Positions 35,511 through 44,020 are shown, numbered from the stretch's first letter. The stretch: 64,000 nucleotides of DNA from a virus (IMGVR_UViG_3300038492_000581:25815-89814); one strand, 5' to 3'. A program made the numbers and translations. Notes: generated by a model from the letters alone, not told the origin.

Positions 35511-35873
35511 CTATATCGCCGTATCCTTCATATTTTCGACGGAGTCGAAAACTTGGTCGGCAGATTCCATCAGCTTCTTTTTATCATACATACCAAGACG
35601 CTCTGCAATCTGCATGATTTGGGGAATTCGGACTCCTTCCGAATCCTCCAGTTTCTCTCGCATAATCATCCAACCAGCACACATACGCTCGTCACCACGA
35701 CTCGCGTATTCTCCGGTTTCGTCGTTCCAGCCATCGTCGTGAACGGTTTTGTGGCAATCAAAGCGTTCTGCTTCGACTATATCATCGATACGCCGTTCTG
35801 ACAAACGAATTCCGCCTTCTTTTCGAAAAGGACAGTCGTCGCAGGGTTTTTCAAGATTTGGTTTAAACATCAC
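35511..35873 (-). CDS. hypothetical protein
   Basis: 120 aa with N-terminal CDDCPF...C. Confidence 0.4.
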   Translation of the reverse strand: MMFKPNLEKPCDDCPFRKEGGIRLSERRIDDIVEAERFDCHKTVHDDGWNDETGEYASRGDERMCAGWMIMREKLEDSEGVRIPQIMQIAERLGMYDKKKLMESADQVFDSVENMKDTAI

Positions 35874-36100
35874 TTACGTTTTTCAAGCGTAATAGGACCG
35901 CCTTCACCATCATAATCTTTTACATACCAATCCGGATTCTTGTGAAGAAAATTAATTACAGATTGATAATCAACCTTGTTAGACGGATTAACTACTTTTT
36001 TGATTTGACCATCTACTCCAAGCTGATCTTGAACATCACTACATCCTATGAACGCGAATGCGAGAACGAGTATAACGAAAATCCATGATGTCTTTTTCAT
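35870..36100 (-). CDS. lipoprotein
   Basis: Signal peptide plus lipobox VLAFAFIGC. Confidence 0.45.
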   Translation of the reverse strand: MKKTSWIFVILVLAFAFIGCSDVQDQLGVDGQIKKVVNPSNKVDYQSVINFLHKNPDWYVKDYDGEGGPITLEKRK

Positions 36101-36102
36101 TG

Positions 36103-36744
36103 TTAATCCCTACTAATCGCAAGCTTTGGGCCATGCGGGTCCAATTCTAATTTCTTGTACTCGCGAGCAAATGCTCTTTGGATGGCGACGAGCCAGCCGA
36201 CTTCGGCGTCCTTGTACCATCCAAAGACCATGTCCGAAAAGATGTCGGAGCCGAACACAGTTTCCATTGCTTCGTGATATTCTGCTTCGGTCTCGAAATC
36301 TTCTCTATTTCGCCAATGCTCGGCATCGAGAAATCTGAATCGTCCTTCCTCTTCGTCATAACAGTCGATGAGATGAAACTCTTCCGTTTCACTCATGAAG
36401 TATTCCATAGACTTGTCGGGCTGCCAAGACTTTTCCAGATCGAACTTCTGAAGAAGGTAGCCAGGATCAAGGTGTCCCGCGAACCAGTTTAGTCCGTAGC
36501 CTACAGTGGACACATTTCCATGATGTCCCGGCGTAAGGTCGCCCGTTAGAGTAATGGCATATGGTCCGATGGTAATGTAAGTCGACATACAATTCTCTCT
36601 GGTCGGCTTACACAAATGAAACGCTTTTATTCTCTCGTGATCACAGATCACTTCGAGAATATGATTCTCCAATTGTTTTTCATAGAAAGCAAAATCATTT
36701 GGGAGCATTAATCCACTCCAAATCTTCAATTTCTTCGGGCACAC
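36103..36744 (-). CDS. hypothetical protein
   Basis: 213 aa. Confidence 0.45.
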   Translation of the reverse strand: MCPKKLKIWSGLMLPNDFAFYEKQLENHILEVICDHERIKAFHLCKPTRENCMSTYITIGPYAITLTGDLTPGHHGNVSTVGYGLNWFAGHLDPGYLLQKFDLEKSWQPDKSMEYFMSETEEFHLIDCYDEEEGRFRFLDAEHWRNREDFETEAEYHEAMETVFGSDIFSDMVFGWYKDAEVGWLVAIQRAFAREYKKLELDPHGPKLAISRD

Positions 36745-37105
36745 CCCTAATAGTTTTCATTAAGTCTATGTGCTCATTAAGCACTGTGAATACTCCTGGG
36801 AGTATATCATATCTAACTCTTTCGTAATTCCACTCCGTGTTAGCAAGATGCCTGATGCGGACATTACACTTAGGACAAACAATTTGTATCTCGGTGCCTC
36901 CCCAAGTATGATAACCTCCTCCGCCATGTCCATCTGCCGGCACCTCATAAAGAGGAAGATAGGCTTTTAGCCTAACGTACCGAGTTCGCTTATTGCAATT
37001 GGCACATTTCCACATCTTTCGGCGGCGAATTTGCTGGGCTTCTTCGGCCAGCTTAGACCGTTCAATTTCGATTTGTTTGAGTCTATTTGGCATCGGGATT
37101 TTCAA
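36695..37105 (-). CDS. zinc-ribbon hypothetical protein
   Basis: CANCNK...CPKCN. Confidence 0.4.
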   Translation of the reverse strand: MKIPMPNRLKQIEIERSKLAEEAQQIRRRKMWKCANCNKRTRYVRLKAYLPLYEVPADGHGGGGYHTWGGTEIQIVCPKCNVRIRHLANTEWNYERVRYDILPGVFTVLNEHIDLMKTIRGVPEEIEDLEWINAPK

Positions 37106-37328
37106 TTATAATAGTTTCTCCAACCTTACCCAGCTTTCCACGTTGTGTAAAGGTGGTTCCATCCTTCTTGCGTAGCACGGTATGCCACTTCTTTTTGAGA
37201 GCAAGTATCCCGTCACCATCTTCATAAACTTCTGTAATCTCTACTTCAATATGTGTAGGAACAGGCTCCCCACAAGAAGCAAGAGAAATACAGCACAGTA
37301 ATACAAGGAAAGAAATGATGCGTCTCAT
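37083..37328 (-). CDS. lipoprotein
   Basis: The internal start MRRIISFLVLLCCISLASCG gives a signal peptide plus lipobox. The track start at 37451 overlaps the upstream gene. Confidence 0.4.
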   Translation of the reverse strand: MRRIISFLVLLCCISLASCGEPVPTHIEVEITEVYEDGDGILALKKKWHTVLRKKDGTTFTQRGKLGKVGETIIIENPDAK

Positions 37329-37636
37329 TTGGTCAGCTCGGATAGTAGTATTGGCGTGTAGTCTGTGTTTTCGCAAGAAACATTGAAGCTGCGTTTGTGT
37401 GGCCTCAATGCCGTGTGATTGTGCTGGTGGCCGTGCACCAGATAATCGCAATCGATGTTATCGAGGATTTGTTCGAGGGCACTGTATGGCTCGATCGGAT
37501 AGTGCTGAAACAGCCAGGTTTTGCCGTGCTCTTGCAGCATCATTGATTTGGCCACGAAGTCAAATGGTCGATCACAATAGTCGATGATATTTTTGTGACC
37601 GAAATGGGTGTCACCGATTACAAAGAGTCTGCTCAT
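37325..37636 (-). CDS. small calcineurin-like metallophosphoesterase
   Basis: FVIGDTHFGH ... VHGHQH. The internal start MSRLF is preferred. Confidence 0.5.
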   Translation of the reverse strand: MSRLFVIGDTHFGHKNIIDYCDRPFDFVAKSMMLQEHGKTWLFQHYPIEPYSALEQILDNIDCDYLVHGHQHNHTALRPHKRSFNVSCENTDYTPILLSELTK

Positions 37637-37749
37637 GTAGCCACTCCATCTTGCGTTTCCATTCATCTCTGATAGAGCTCATTGAATGTTTTTTTCTCTT
37701 GTTTCGAATCATTGATTCGATATAGCTAAACCTATCTTTGTCGTTTGAG

Positions 37750-37844
37750 CGGGTAGTGTAGGATTTGAACCTACAAGACGATGCGAAAGCACCGTCCAAT
37801 CCGCTTTCCAGGCGGGTCCAATACCGGGTTCTGGTCAACTACCC
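37750..37844 (-). tRNA. tRNA-Ser (GGA), long (95 nt) with an 8-bp variable-arm stem
   Basis: Acceptor GGGTAGT/ACTACCC, anticodon loop CTGGAAA, variable arm GACGGTGC-TTTC-GCATCGTC and T-arm GTAGGTTCAAATCCTAC. Confidence 0.5.
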
Positions 37845-38185
37845 ATTTTTCTGTAATTGTACACCGTGCGTCGAGAAACACCAAGCTCTTCAATAATATC
37901 GCTTACTGAGAGTCCGTGTGCATGCATGTCAGCGATTTGTTTCTTGATAGCATCATCTAAAGGCTTGTTTGTATATTCAGTAAAACTCTTGCCGGCCACG
38001 CCCTTAAGCTCTCGTCCACGAGAGCGATTTGGAATTGGGCTTCCTTTGAGCTTTTCCTTGTAGATCTCGACATATCTCTCACATTCTCTTCGCGAGCCGA
38101 CGAAGTCTGCACCGTTTCCAACAACTTTGAAATAACCGCTCTCTGGATCAGGCACTATGGTAATCATTGGTGACGACTTCCTCAA
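37835..38185 (-). CDS. HTH DNA-binding protein with a degenerate GIY-YIG-like N terminus. Uncertain.
   Basis: N-terminal SGYFKVVGNGADFVGS (GYF-x9-FVG) and a C-terminal resolvase/Seg-like HTH HGLSVSDIIEELGVSRRTVYNY. Confidence 0.35.
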   Translation of the reverse strand: MRKSSPMITIVPDPESGYFKVVGNGADFVGSRRECERYVEIYKEKLKGSPIPNRSRGRELKGVAGKSFTEYTNKPLDDAIKKQIADMHAHGLSVSDIIEELGVSRRTVYNYRKMGS

Positions 38186-38327
38186 TTTCTGTAACTTCGA
38201 AATCTCCCATCTCTACGTCGTCACCAAATGACTGATAAAGATCTTCTTCGTTGGGCTCATTGGTGTAAGCCTCAAAATCTCGCGAAGGAACATGAAGTGC
38301 GATCCAGACCTTCATTGTTTTCTCCAT
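38148..38327 (-). CDS. hypothetical acidic small protein
   Basis: The track ORF start at 38366 lies inside tRNA-Asn; the internal start is preferred. Confidence 0.3.
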   Translation of the reverse strand: MEKTMKVWIALHVPSRDFEAYTNEPNEEDLYQSFGDDVEMGDFEVTEIEEVVTNDYHSA

Positions 38328-38336
38328 TGTAAAAAG

Positions 38337-38410
38337 CTCCAGAGATGCGATTCGAACGCATAACATTCACGTTAACAGCGTGTTCCCAGTACCAACCCGG
38401 GCCCTCTGGA
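38337..38410 (-). tRNA. tRNA-Asn (GTT)
   Basis: TCCAGAGGGCCCGGGTTGGTACTGGGAACACGCTGTTAACGTGAATGTTATGCGTTCGAATCGCATCTCTGGAG. Confidence 0.55.
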
Positions 38411-38414
38411 TTAA

Positions 38415-38804
38415 CTACCACCAAATTTTGCCACGTCTTTCAAATCTTTCACGACTCCGCCTGTTCTGGCCTTTCACGCATAGATTGCACCGACATCCGT
38501 CTTTGTAAGGTCCGCCAGTACCGTGTTGTTTAACATCATGTCCATAATTATCATTACATGTTTTGTTTTTATGGCATTCAAAACATAACACTTGACATTT
38601 AGCTAATTCTGTTTCCCTTTTTTCTTTCGAGAAACTCCAAATCCTATGAGTCGTCTTGGTTGACGGATCAATATGATCCACTTGAAGATCCTTTTCAGAA
38701 CCACACTTAGCACACGGACCGTTCTCTTCTAACCAAGCTAATTTTCGCCTGGCTATCCAGTCACGTTGATACTTCTTCTGTTTTTCTGGATCTTTATAAG
38801 GCAT
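38415..38804 (-). CDS. HNH homing endonuclease
   Basis: CAKCGSEKDLQVDHIDPS ... CQVLCFECHKNK. The track N terminus (to 38885) is a translation of tRNA-Ser; the true start is MPYKDPEKQ. Confidence 0.6.
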   Translation of the reverse strand: MPYKDPEKQKKYQRDWIARRKLAWLEENGPCAKCGSEKDLQVDHIDPSTKTTHRIWSFSKEKRETELAKCQVLCFECHKNKTCNDNYGHDVKQHGTGGPYKDGCRCNLCVKGQNRRSRERFERRGKIWW

Positions 38805-38814
38805 CTTTACTGAG

Positions 38815-38907
38815 CGGATGCAGTGTGATTTGAACACACGCCACGAAGGATCACTCCGTGCTCTCTGCTTTCGAGGCAGGGACATTACCGGGCTCTGTCA
38901 TACATCC
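38815..38907 (-). tRNA. tRNA-Ser (CGA), type II
   Basis: Acceptor GGATGTA/TGCATCC, anticodon loop CTCGAAA, long variable arm and T-arm GTGTGTTCAAATCACAC. Confidence 0.5.
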
Positions 38908-39060
38908 TCATTTCCAATCATCCTCGTCTCGGCTTCCGCCGCGACGTGCTTGGGCGAGATTTTGTTCTTCCACGAGATCTTCAATACATTCGCCACAAAG
39001 ACTCTGTCCATTATAAGGAATAAGCTTTTCAACCTTATCTTGACACCCTGGACACTTCAT
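38908..39060 (-). CDS. small zinc-ribbon protein (50 aa, not in the track)
   Basis: MKCPGCQDKVEKLIPYNGQSLCGECIEDLVEEQNL... preceded by a GAGAG RBS. Confidence 0.3.
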   Translation of the reverse strand: MKCPGCQDKVEKLIPYNGQSLCGECIEDLVEEQNLAQARRGGSRDEDDWK

Positions 39061-39091
39061 TTCACTCTCTTGATTCTACGATGTAAAAAAG

Positions 39092-39165
39092 TACCGGGAA
39101 GTGGAGTCGAACCACTAATCACCACATTCTTAATGTGGTCGCGTTGCCAATTAGCATACCCCGGC
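39092..39165 (-). tRNA. tRNA-Leu-like, type I, with a non-canonical 9-nt anticodon loop or 7-bp stem (anticodon TAA or AAG)
   Basis: Acceptor GCCGGGG/TCCCGGT, anticodon region ACCACATTAAGAATGTGGT and T-arm AGTGGTTCGACTCCACT. The T stem starts one nucleotide later than standard, which is consistent with an enlarged anticodon loop. Confidence 0.45.
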
Positions 39166-39196
39166 ATGATTCAAAACTGTTTAGTGTAGTTTTGAG

Positions 39197-39280
39197 TAGC
39201 CCCGGCTGGATTCGAACCAGCACGCCCTTTCGGGCACGAGTGTTTGAGACTCGCGTGTCTGCCATTTTCACCACGAGGCC
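39197..39280 (-). tRNA. tRNA-Leu (CAA), type II
   Basis: GGCCTCGTGGTGAAAATGGCAGACACGCGAGTCTCAAACACTCGTGCCCGAAAGGGCGTGCTGGTTCGAATCCAGCCGGGGCTA. Confidence 0.6.
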
Positions 39281-39285
39281 ATAAT

Positions 39286-39702
39286 ATGAAAACTTGTACT
39301 GGATGTCAAGAAACCAAAAACCTCACCGATTTTTCTTTTCGAAACAAAGCGAAAGATCTTCTGGCCGCAAGATGTAAGTCTTGCCATGCCAAATATGCTA
39401 AAAAGCATTACGAAGCTAACTCAGATGATTACAAGGCTCGGGCAGTCGCCAGCAATAGAGTTTCGAGAAAAAAGAATCGCGAATGGATTCGCGAACTGAA
39501 AAGAAAGTCTGGCTGTAGATATTGCGATGAATCAGAGCCAGTAGCACTTGATTTTCATCATGTCGAAAAGAAAATTGAAAACATTGCGATTTTGGCGTCC
39601 CGCAATGTTGGTCGACAAAAGCTTGAATCTGAAGTAAGAAAATGCATTGTTATTTGTGCTAATTGTCACCGAAAGCTTCATGCTGGCTTATTGCCCGCTT
39701 AA
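39286..39702 (+). CDS. HNH homing endonuclease
   Basis: CKSCHAKYAKKHY, CRYCDESEPVALDFHH and CANCHRKLH. The track start at 39244 lies inside tRNA-Leu; the real start is MKTCTGCQ at 39286. Opposite strand to the array. Confidence 0.6.
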   Translation: MKTCTGCQETKNLTDFSFRNKAKDLLAARCKSCHAKYAKKHYEANSDDYKARAVASNRVSRKKNREWIRELKRKSGCRYCDESEPVALDFHHVEKKIENIAILASRNVGRQKLESEVRKCIVICANCHRKLHAGLLPA

Positions 39703-39707
39703 TTACC

Positions 39708-39968
39708 TCAGCCTGCCAGGTGTTCCAAATGTTCTTCTACCCTTTCGAAGAATTCTTGTCGTGTGCCTTCATGAGCAACGATCACGTCATTCCCATGATC
39801 TTTGTAAACCATTCCACGGAATGGAGACCATAGAACGTATTGTTCTGGATCTTCCTCATTTTTCCAGATAGGAAGGCTTTCATTAGTATCAATAACGAAA
39901 GTCGCAGTCGAGAAATACAGTTTCGCCGGATTGTTCCACCGCGAATCTTTTCCTTTTGATTCTTTCAT
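39708..39968 (-). CDS. hypothetical protein
   Basis: 86 aa. Confidence 0.4.
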   Translation of the reverse strand: MKESKGKDSRWNNPAKLYFSTATFVIDTNESLPIWKNEEDPEQYVLWSPFRGMVYKDHGNDVIVAHEGTRQEFFERVEEHLEHLAG

Positions 39969-40249
39969 TTTGTCTCATTCATCAGTTCGGGCAAAAGAAC
40001 CGTAACGATATTTTTGCGAGTCCGATAGTAGACCAAGATCACTTCTCGATCTTCTATGTTGGCGAGCAAAAGTCTCACCCTATGTGATTGTTTTTCATAC
40101 AGAGAAAATTCGTTATTTTGAATTCGGTGAACTAAATCACGACGCATTTCTTTGTTAAGACTGATGCCCAACCTTTCTTCAAACCTACGTCGTGCGTGTT
40201 TTCTCTGCTGTAACTTCTTGCTTTTAGCTTTCTTTTTGCGGCGTCTCAT
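39965..40249 (-). CDS. hypothetical basic protein
   Basis: The internal start MRRRKKKAKSKK is preferred; the track start at 40342 overlaps a tRNA. Confidence 0.3.
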   Translation of the reverse strand: MRRRKKKAKSKKLQQRKHARRRFEERLGISLNKEMRRDLVHRIQNNEFSLYEKQSHRVRLLLANIEDREVILVYYRTRKNIVTVLLPELMNETK

Positions 40250-40311
40250 ATGAGTATTATACCCTGTGGCCGCCTTGCGGCCACAGAAAATTTTTATGCG
40301 GCGTGCCGCAG

Positions 40312-40385
40312 TGCCCCTGATAGGAGTCGAACCTATAGACACGACCTTCTGAGGATCGCCGCATTGCCAGTTAGCGTACAGAGGC
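40312..40385 (-). tRNA. tRNA with anticodon CAG (Leu), type I (short variable arm)
   Basis: Acceptor GCCTCTG/CAGGGGC, anticodon arm CGATC-CTCAGAA-GGTCG and T-arm ATAGGTTCGACTCCTAT. Confidence 0.5.
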
Positions 40386-40416
40386 GTTCGTGGGACTGAT
40401 GCCCCACGAGGATGGA

Positions 40417-41574
40417 TTAGGACTTGACGTAGAGCACCTCAGTTCCGGGGAACAGGTGTCGGTTCACGCTGGTGCTCTCAATAAAGATGGTGTAGTCACC
40501 AAAATCGCCGGGACGAATTCGAATATTGCTGCCACCAACAGGAAGATTGAGAATACTTCTGGCATTTGTGCCAGAGTACATCTTGCCGCTAATGTTGTGA
40601 CGGATTACAATCTCTTTACCAGGCTGAAGGGTTTCTGCCTTGGTAAGTTGGTAGAAAGCATTTCCTGTTTCATACTGAGATGAACCAACCCGACGACGAA
40701 TCGTCGCGGAACGAAGCTTTGCGTTGATGAAGTCTCGAATCTCCACCCAGCCCTTCTCATTCACATTTCGACCAGTCACCGCAAAGGTGGCAAACTCTTC
40801 CGAAACGTTGTGCATCTGAGAAAGATCACGAGAAGAAACGTCAACTGCGTCGACAAAGAAAGCGGTCGAGCCTCTGATGCCCTTGGTGCGGCCGTCAAAA
40901 TATCTGGCGGTACTCATCCTAATCTTGTCTGACATCTGTTTGAAACTGGCAACGTCGCCTTCTTGCCAGGCTTCAATGTTCCCTGCGGGAACACCGAGAC
41001 CCGTGAGGTATGCCTTCATGCGAGCGGGTCCCGTAAAAGCAATACTCCACCGTCCAGTTTTTTGAACTTCTTTGATCAAACTTCCAAGACGTCCTTTGTA
41101 TAGGCGAGAATTGTTTTCTTCGCCGTCGGTGATGCAAATTACAACAAAGCTTGTGTCTTTATTATTTGCATCAGGTAGGCTACGAAGATCATTGATTGCA
41201 ACACCAACTCCGTCTTCGAGGGCGGTCATTCCACTTGCTTGATAATCACGACTTGTGATCTTACGAACACGATCAATTGGTCGATTTCTCATGATCTTAC
41301 TCACAAGATCTCCGAAAGTGTAAAAGCTGAAAGTCGTCTTCTGCCCGGTTTGTGCGGCAGCAGCCTTATTGGCTTGAATTTGACTATTCACAGCTTCAAT
41401 AACTTTAGAAACACCAATTTGGTTCATCGACCAGCTTCGGTCGAGAACTATGGCAATATGGTTGGTGAGAACAACTTCTGTCGCTTTGGCGACAGACTTA
41501 CGCTTGCGGGTTTTCTTCTTGGGCTGGGTCTTGTTCGACATGAATCGACCCCGAGAATCTCTCATGATTGGCAT
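40417..41574 (-). CDS. von Willebrand factor A domain protein
   Basis: MIDAS motif IVLDRSWSM ... ICITDGEEN, followed by a C-terminal beta-rich domain. AGGAGG RBS. Confidence 0.6.
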   Translation of the reverse strand: MPIMRDSRGRFMSNKTQPKKKTRKRKSVAKATEVVLTNHIAIVLDRSWSMNQIGVSKVIEAVNSQIQANKAAAAQTGQKTTFSFYTFGDLVSKIMRNRPIDRVRKITSRDYQASGMTALEDGVGVAINDLRSLPDANNKDTSFVVICITDGEENNSRLYKGRLGSLIKEVQKTGRWSIAFTGPARMKAYLTGLGVPAGNIEAWQEGDVASFKQMSDKIRMSTARYFDGRTKGIRGSTAFFVDAVDVSSRDLSQMHNVSEEFATFAVTGRNVNEKGWVEIRDFINAKLRSATIRRRVGSSQYETGNAFYQLTKAETLQPGKEIVIRHNISGKMYSGTNARSILNLPVGGSNIRIRPGDFGDYTIFIESTSVNRHLFPGTEVLYVKS

Positions 41575-41647
41575 TTTTGCCTCCTGAAAATGGGTTCACT
41601 TACTGTGAAAAGTACACTATTTGATAAGTACAATTAACAGAAAGTAG

Positions 41648-41671
41648 TTGTCGCAACTAACGTTGCGACAA
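41648..41671. promoter_or_regulatory. perfect 24-bp palindrome TTGTCGCAACTAACGTTGCGACAA in the 5' region of the vWA gene. Candidate operator.
   Basis: 10-bp inverted arms around a 4-bp centre, located upstream of the minus-strand start at 41574. Confidence 0.4.
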
Positions 41672-41839
41672 TGGTTTACAAACAATTTTAAGTCCTGAAA
41701 AGATGTGCTTTTACGCCAAAAGGTCGTTTTCGCAAGGTGTCGAGACCAGGGACAACATATAGCTTACATGATGCAAAGCACCAATGCCTACTCCTTAGAT
41801 GATAGCTGCTTCTAAGCTTACATTTCCTTTCAAGACGAG

Positions 41840-41914
41840 TGCGGATACCAAGATTCGAACTTGGACTTTCGGTTTGGAAGACCGACGTGCTAAGCCGTTA
41901 AACACTACATCCGC
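41840..41914 (-). tRNA. tRNA-Gly (TCC)
   Basis: GCGGATGTAGTGTTTAACGGCTTAGCACGTCGGTCTTCCAAACCGAAAGTCCAAGTTCGAATCTTGGTATCCGCA. Confidence 0.6.
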
Positions 41915-41919
41915 ATAAG

Positions 41920-42103
41920 TGCCGGAGGCAGGATTCGAACCTGCAAGCCGCCAGTCAAACCCCTTTTGTCTTATGGGAAGTGGCCACTTCCCATAAGACT
42001 TCATGATTCTATTCTGTTGCTGCATTTCATGATTGCAGCACGGCACCCGCTTTACGAACGGGCGTGTTTACCAATTTCACCACTCCGAGCTTAATATCGT
42101 ATA
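41920..42103 (-). tRNA. tRNA-like fragments: a 3' T-arm/acceptor element (41920..41950) and a tRNA-Tyr-like 5' half (42040..42103), separated by two strong hairpins including a perfect 26-bp palindrome
   Basis: 3' part GCAGGTTCGAATCCTGC-CTCCGGC-A. 5' part GCTCGGAG-TG-GTG-AAATTGGTAAA-CAC-G-CCCGT-TCGTAAA-GCGGG (anticodon GTA, C33). Between them lie TTATGGGAAGTGGCCACTTCCCATAA and GCTGCAATCATGAAATGCAGC. The acceptor strands pair only 5 of 7. Confidence 0.25.
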
Positions 42104-42138
42104 TTCAATTGCCAAAGATCAGCGGCTTAGCCGCTGAG

Positions 42139-42210
42139 AGCCCCCGCCCGGAATCGAACCGGGTTCTGAGGTTTACAAGACCACTGCATCGCCAGCAATG
42201 CTTAAGGGGC
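42139..42210 (-). tRNA. tRNA-Thr (TGT)
   Basis: Acceptor GCCCCTT/CGGGGGC, D-arm GCAT-TGCTGGCG-ATGC, anticodon loop CTTGTAA and T-arm CCCGGTTCGATTCCGGG. Confidence 0.55.
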
Positions 42211-42220
42211 TTTAAAAGGT

Positions 42221-42305
42221 AGCCCTGGCAGGACTCGAACCTGCAATCAGTCGCAAGCGACTGGAGTGACAATTTCGGCTCAAGGTAACCAACTTGGACT
42301 TTCTT
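42221..42305 (-). tRNA. tRNA-like element. Canonical D-loop and T-arm, acceptor and anticodon unresolved.
   Basis: Classic D-loop AGTTGGTTA and T-arm GCAGGTTCGAGTCCTGC followed by CAGGGCT-A. No complementary 5' strand found. The internal 7-bp hairpin AGTCGC-TT-GCGACT replaces a normal anticodon arm. Confidence 0.3.
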
Positions 42306-42426
42306 CGCCACTCACACCTTTATGTCAGTTTTGGTAAGATTATGAGTCTCTCAAAACAATCTCTTTAGAATGGTTAGTTCTACTGAGAAAAAGGCCGCCC
42401 TATCCATCAGGCGTTCAGGACCATAG

Positions 42427-42499
42427 TACCCCAGGAAGGAATCGAACCCTCATTTTTCGGTTCGTAGCCGAATGTCCTATCCGTTTGAACGACCGGGGC
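42427..42499 (-). tRNA. tRNA-Arg (ACG)
   Basis: GCCCCGGTCGTTCAAACGGATAGGACATTCGGCTACGAACCGAAAAATGAGGGTTCGATTCCTTCCTGGGGTA. Confidence 0.6.
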
Positions 42500-42502
42500 A
42501 AA

Positions 42503-42709
42503 TTAACAACAGCCGCATCCACAATCGCAGCCTATCAACTGTCTCATAGCGTCGTCATAGCCATTATTGTATTCTTGCAACAATCTTTGGTCAAGAGATT
42601 CTTGGGAGCCTTCAACAAATTCTTTTAGAATGACCCACTGCTCATCTGTCAGGATCATACCAAGATCGAGATTTAGCCGCTCACGACGCTCATCAAAACA
42701 AATACTCAT
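42503..42709 (-). CDS. small protein with a C-terminal CDCGCGCC cysteine cluster
   Basis: 68 aa. Confidence 0.35.
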   Translation of the reverse strand: MSICFDERRERLNLDLGMILTDEQWVILKEFVEGSQESLDQRLLQEYNNGYDDAMRQLIGCDCGCGCC

Positions 42710-42715
42710 TATTGT

Positions 42716-43150
42716 TTATGTCCATGTTTGTCGTAAAACTATTTTATGCACATTAGATTTGCTTGTTCCAATTTTGGCAGCTATATCTCGTATTGTCATA
42801 CCACTCTTTCTAAACTTTCGTATCTCGCTCACTTGTAATTGAGTTAGATAAGATTTCCCGCTCTTTTCTTTAACTGGATGGTTGCCACGATTTTTAGATT
42901 CTCTATCCAATGCGTTATCTCGATATGTTCCTAAGAACAAATGATCTAACTTTACACAGCTCGGATTATCGCACTTATGTAATACACATAAACCATTTGG
43001 TATTGGTCCATTTTGCATGTCCCAAGCCACTCTGTGTGCTCTCCAAGTTTTTTCTTTGTACCTAAAAGTACCATAACCCTTGGCGTCTTTTGATCCGGTC
43101 CACCACCAACAATTATTAGTTTTCCTGACTTTATTCCAAAATCGCTTCAT
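42716..43150 (-). CDS. HNH endonuclease (HNH_3/AP2-like) with a C-terminal HTH
   Basis: HRVAWDMQNGPIPNGLCVLHKCDNPSCVKLDHL and the C-terminal MTIRDIAAKIGTSKSNVHKIV. The internal start MKRFWNK is preferred. Confidence 0.55.
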   Translation of the reverse strand: MKRFWNKVRKTNNCWWWTGSKDAKGYGTFRYKEKTWRAHRVAWDMQNGPIPNGLCVLHKCDNPSCVKLDHLFLGTYRDNALDRESKNRGNHPVKEKSGKSYLTQLQVSEIRKFRKSGMTIRDIAAKIGTSKSNVHKIVLRQTWT

Positions 43151-43439
43151 ACACTTAGGTCCAAAGATAAGGCGATACATCCAAAACTCTTTTTGTTTGT
43201 TCGATATCTCTTCCAAAGCCAGCAAGTAAACTTGTACCACAATTCACCAGGGCGATACTCGTATGGAATAAGATCCCAGTAAAAGTATTGAATCTTAGTA
43301 AGAAGACCGTATGTCTCTTGTCGGTGCGTTCCACAAGTCACGCATATATCTTCATCGTCTTCTACACTCCAAGAGTATGCCGCCTTATCGCAACAATCTA
43401 TATCTCTGATTTTTATCATTTGAAAGCTCCGCTTTCAAG

Positions 43440-43509
43440 TACCGGAGGGAGGAATCGAACCTCCGATAAAGACTTATGAAATCTTCATATCAACCTTAGA
43501 TGCTCCGGC
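43440..43509 (-). tRNA. tRNA with anticodon CAT (Met, or Ile2 if lysidinylated), short (70 nt) with a reduced D-arm
   Basis: Acceptor GCCGGAG/CTCCGGT, anticodon arm AAGAT-TTCATAA-GTCTT and T-arm GGAGGTTCGATTCCTCC. The 5' end overlaps the 3' end of the HNH ORF by about 25 nt. Confidence 0.4.
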
Positions 43510-44018
43510 TTTGACCAATACCCTCTTGCGGGCTTTTCTATATTTCGTGCCTTGCACCGCTTGGCAATTGCCACATCCGAAACACCTAATTGAGCCGCCA
43601 GCTTTTGTGTGGGTATTTTCCATACCAATTTTTGTAATTCTTCGTCGCTCGGCCAATCAATTTTTGATCTGGTGCTATTGCTGCATGCTATAGAGCAATA
43701 TTTTTGTCGGCTATCATTTTGTTGAAACGATTTTCCACAAATACATTTTATTGTGGTTACTTTCGTTAAATGAAGCTTGGCATGTTCCGAAGCACTCAAA
43801 ATCTCTAAATTATCAACCGAATTATTGGTCCGATTTTCGTCTTTATGATGTACATGTTCAGAAGGATCTAAAAACCTACCGAGATGGTTTTCCATCACCA
43901 ATCTATGGAGATAGACACATCCATTTGCATAAGAAAAAGGATGGTCTGGAATACTCATAACTAAGTACCCATTACATTTCCCTTTAGGTTTAGAAAGATC
44001 GTGCTTCTTAAACTTCAT
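43485..44018 (-). CDS. HNH homing endonuclease
   Basis: GYLVMSIPDHPFSYANGCVYLHRLVMENHLGRFLDPSEHVHHKDENRTNNSVDNLEILSASEHAKLH. Confidence 0.6.
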   Translation of the reverse strand: MKFKKHDLSKPKGKCNGYLVMSIPDHPFSYANGCVYLHRLVMENHLGRFLDPSEHVHHKDENRTNNSVDNLEILSASEHAKLHLTKVTTIKCICGKSFQQNDSRQKYCSIACSNSTRSKIDWPSDEELQKLVWKIPTQKLAAQLGVSDVAIAKRCKARNIEKPARGYWSKPEHLRLI

Positions 44019-44020
44019 AA

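Noticed and set aside
37611-37838. 75-aa minus-strand track ORF
   Set aside because: Largely a translation of tRNA-Ser(GGA) (37750..37844) and its flank.
38818-39189. 123-aa plus-strand ORF
   Set aside because: Runs antisense across tRNA-Ser(CGA), a small Zn-ribbon gene and tRNA-Leu. An artefact of the ORF-free tRNA region.
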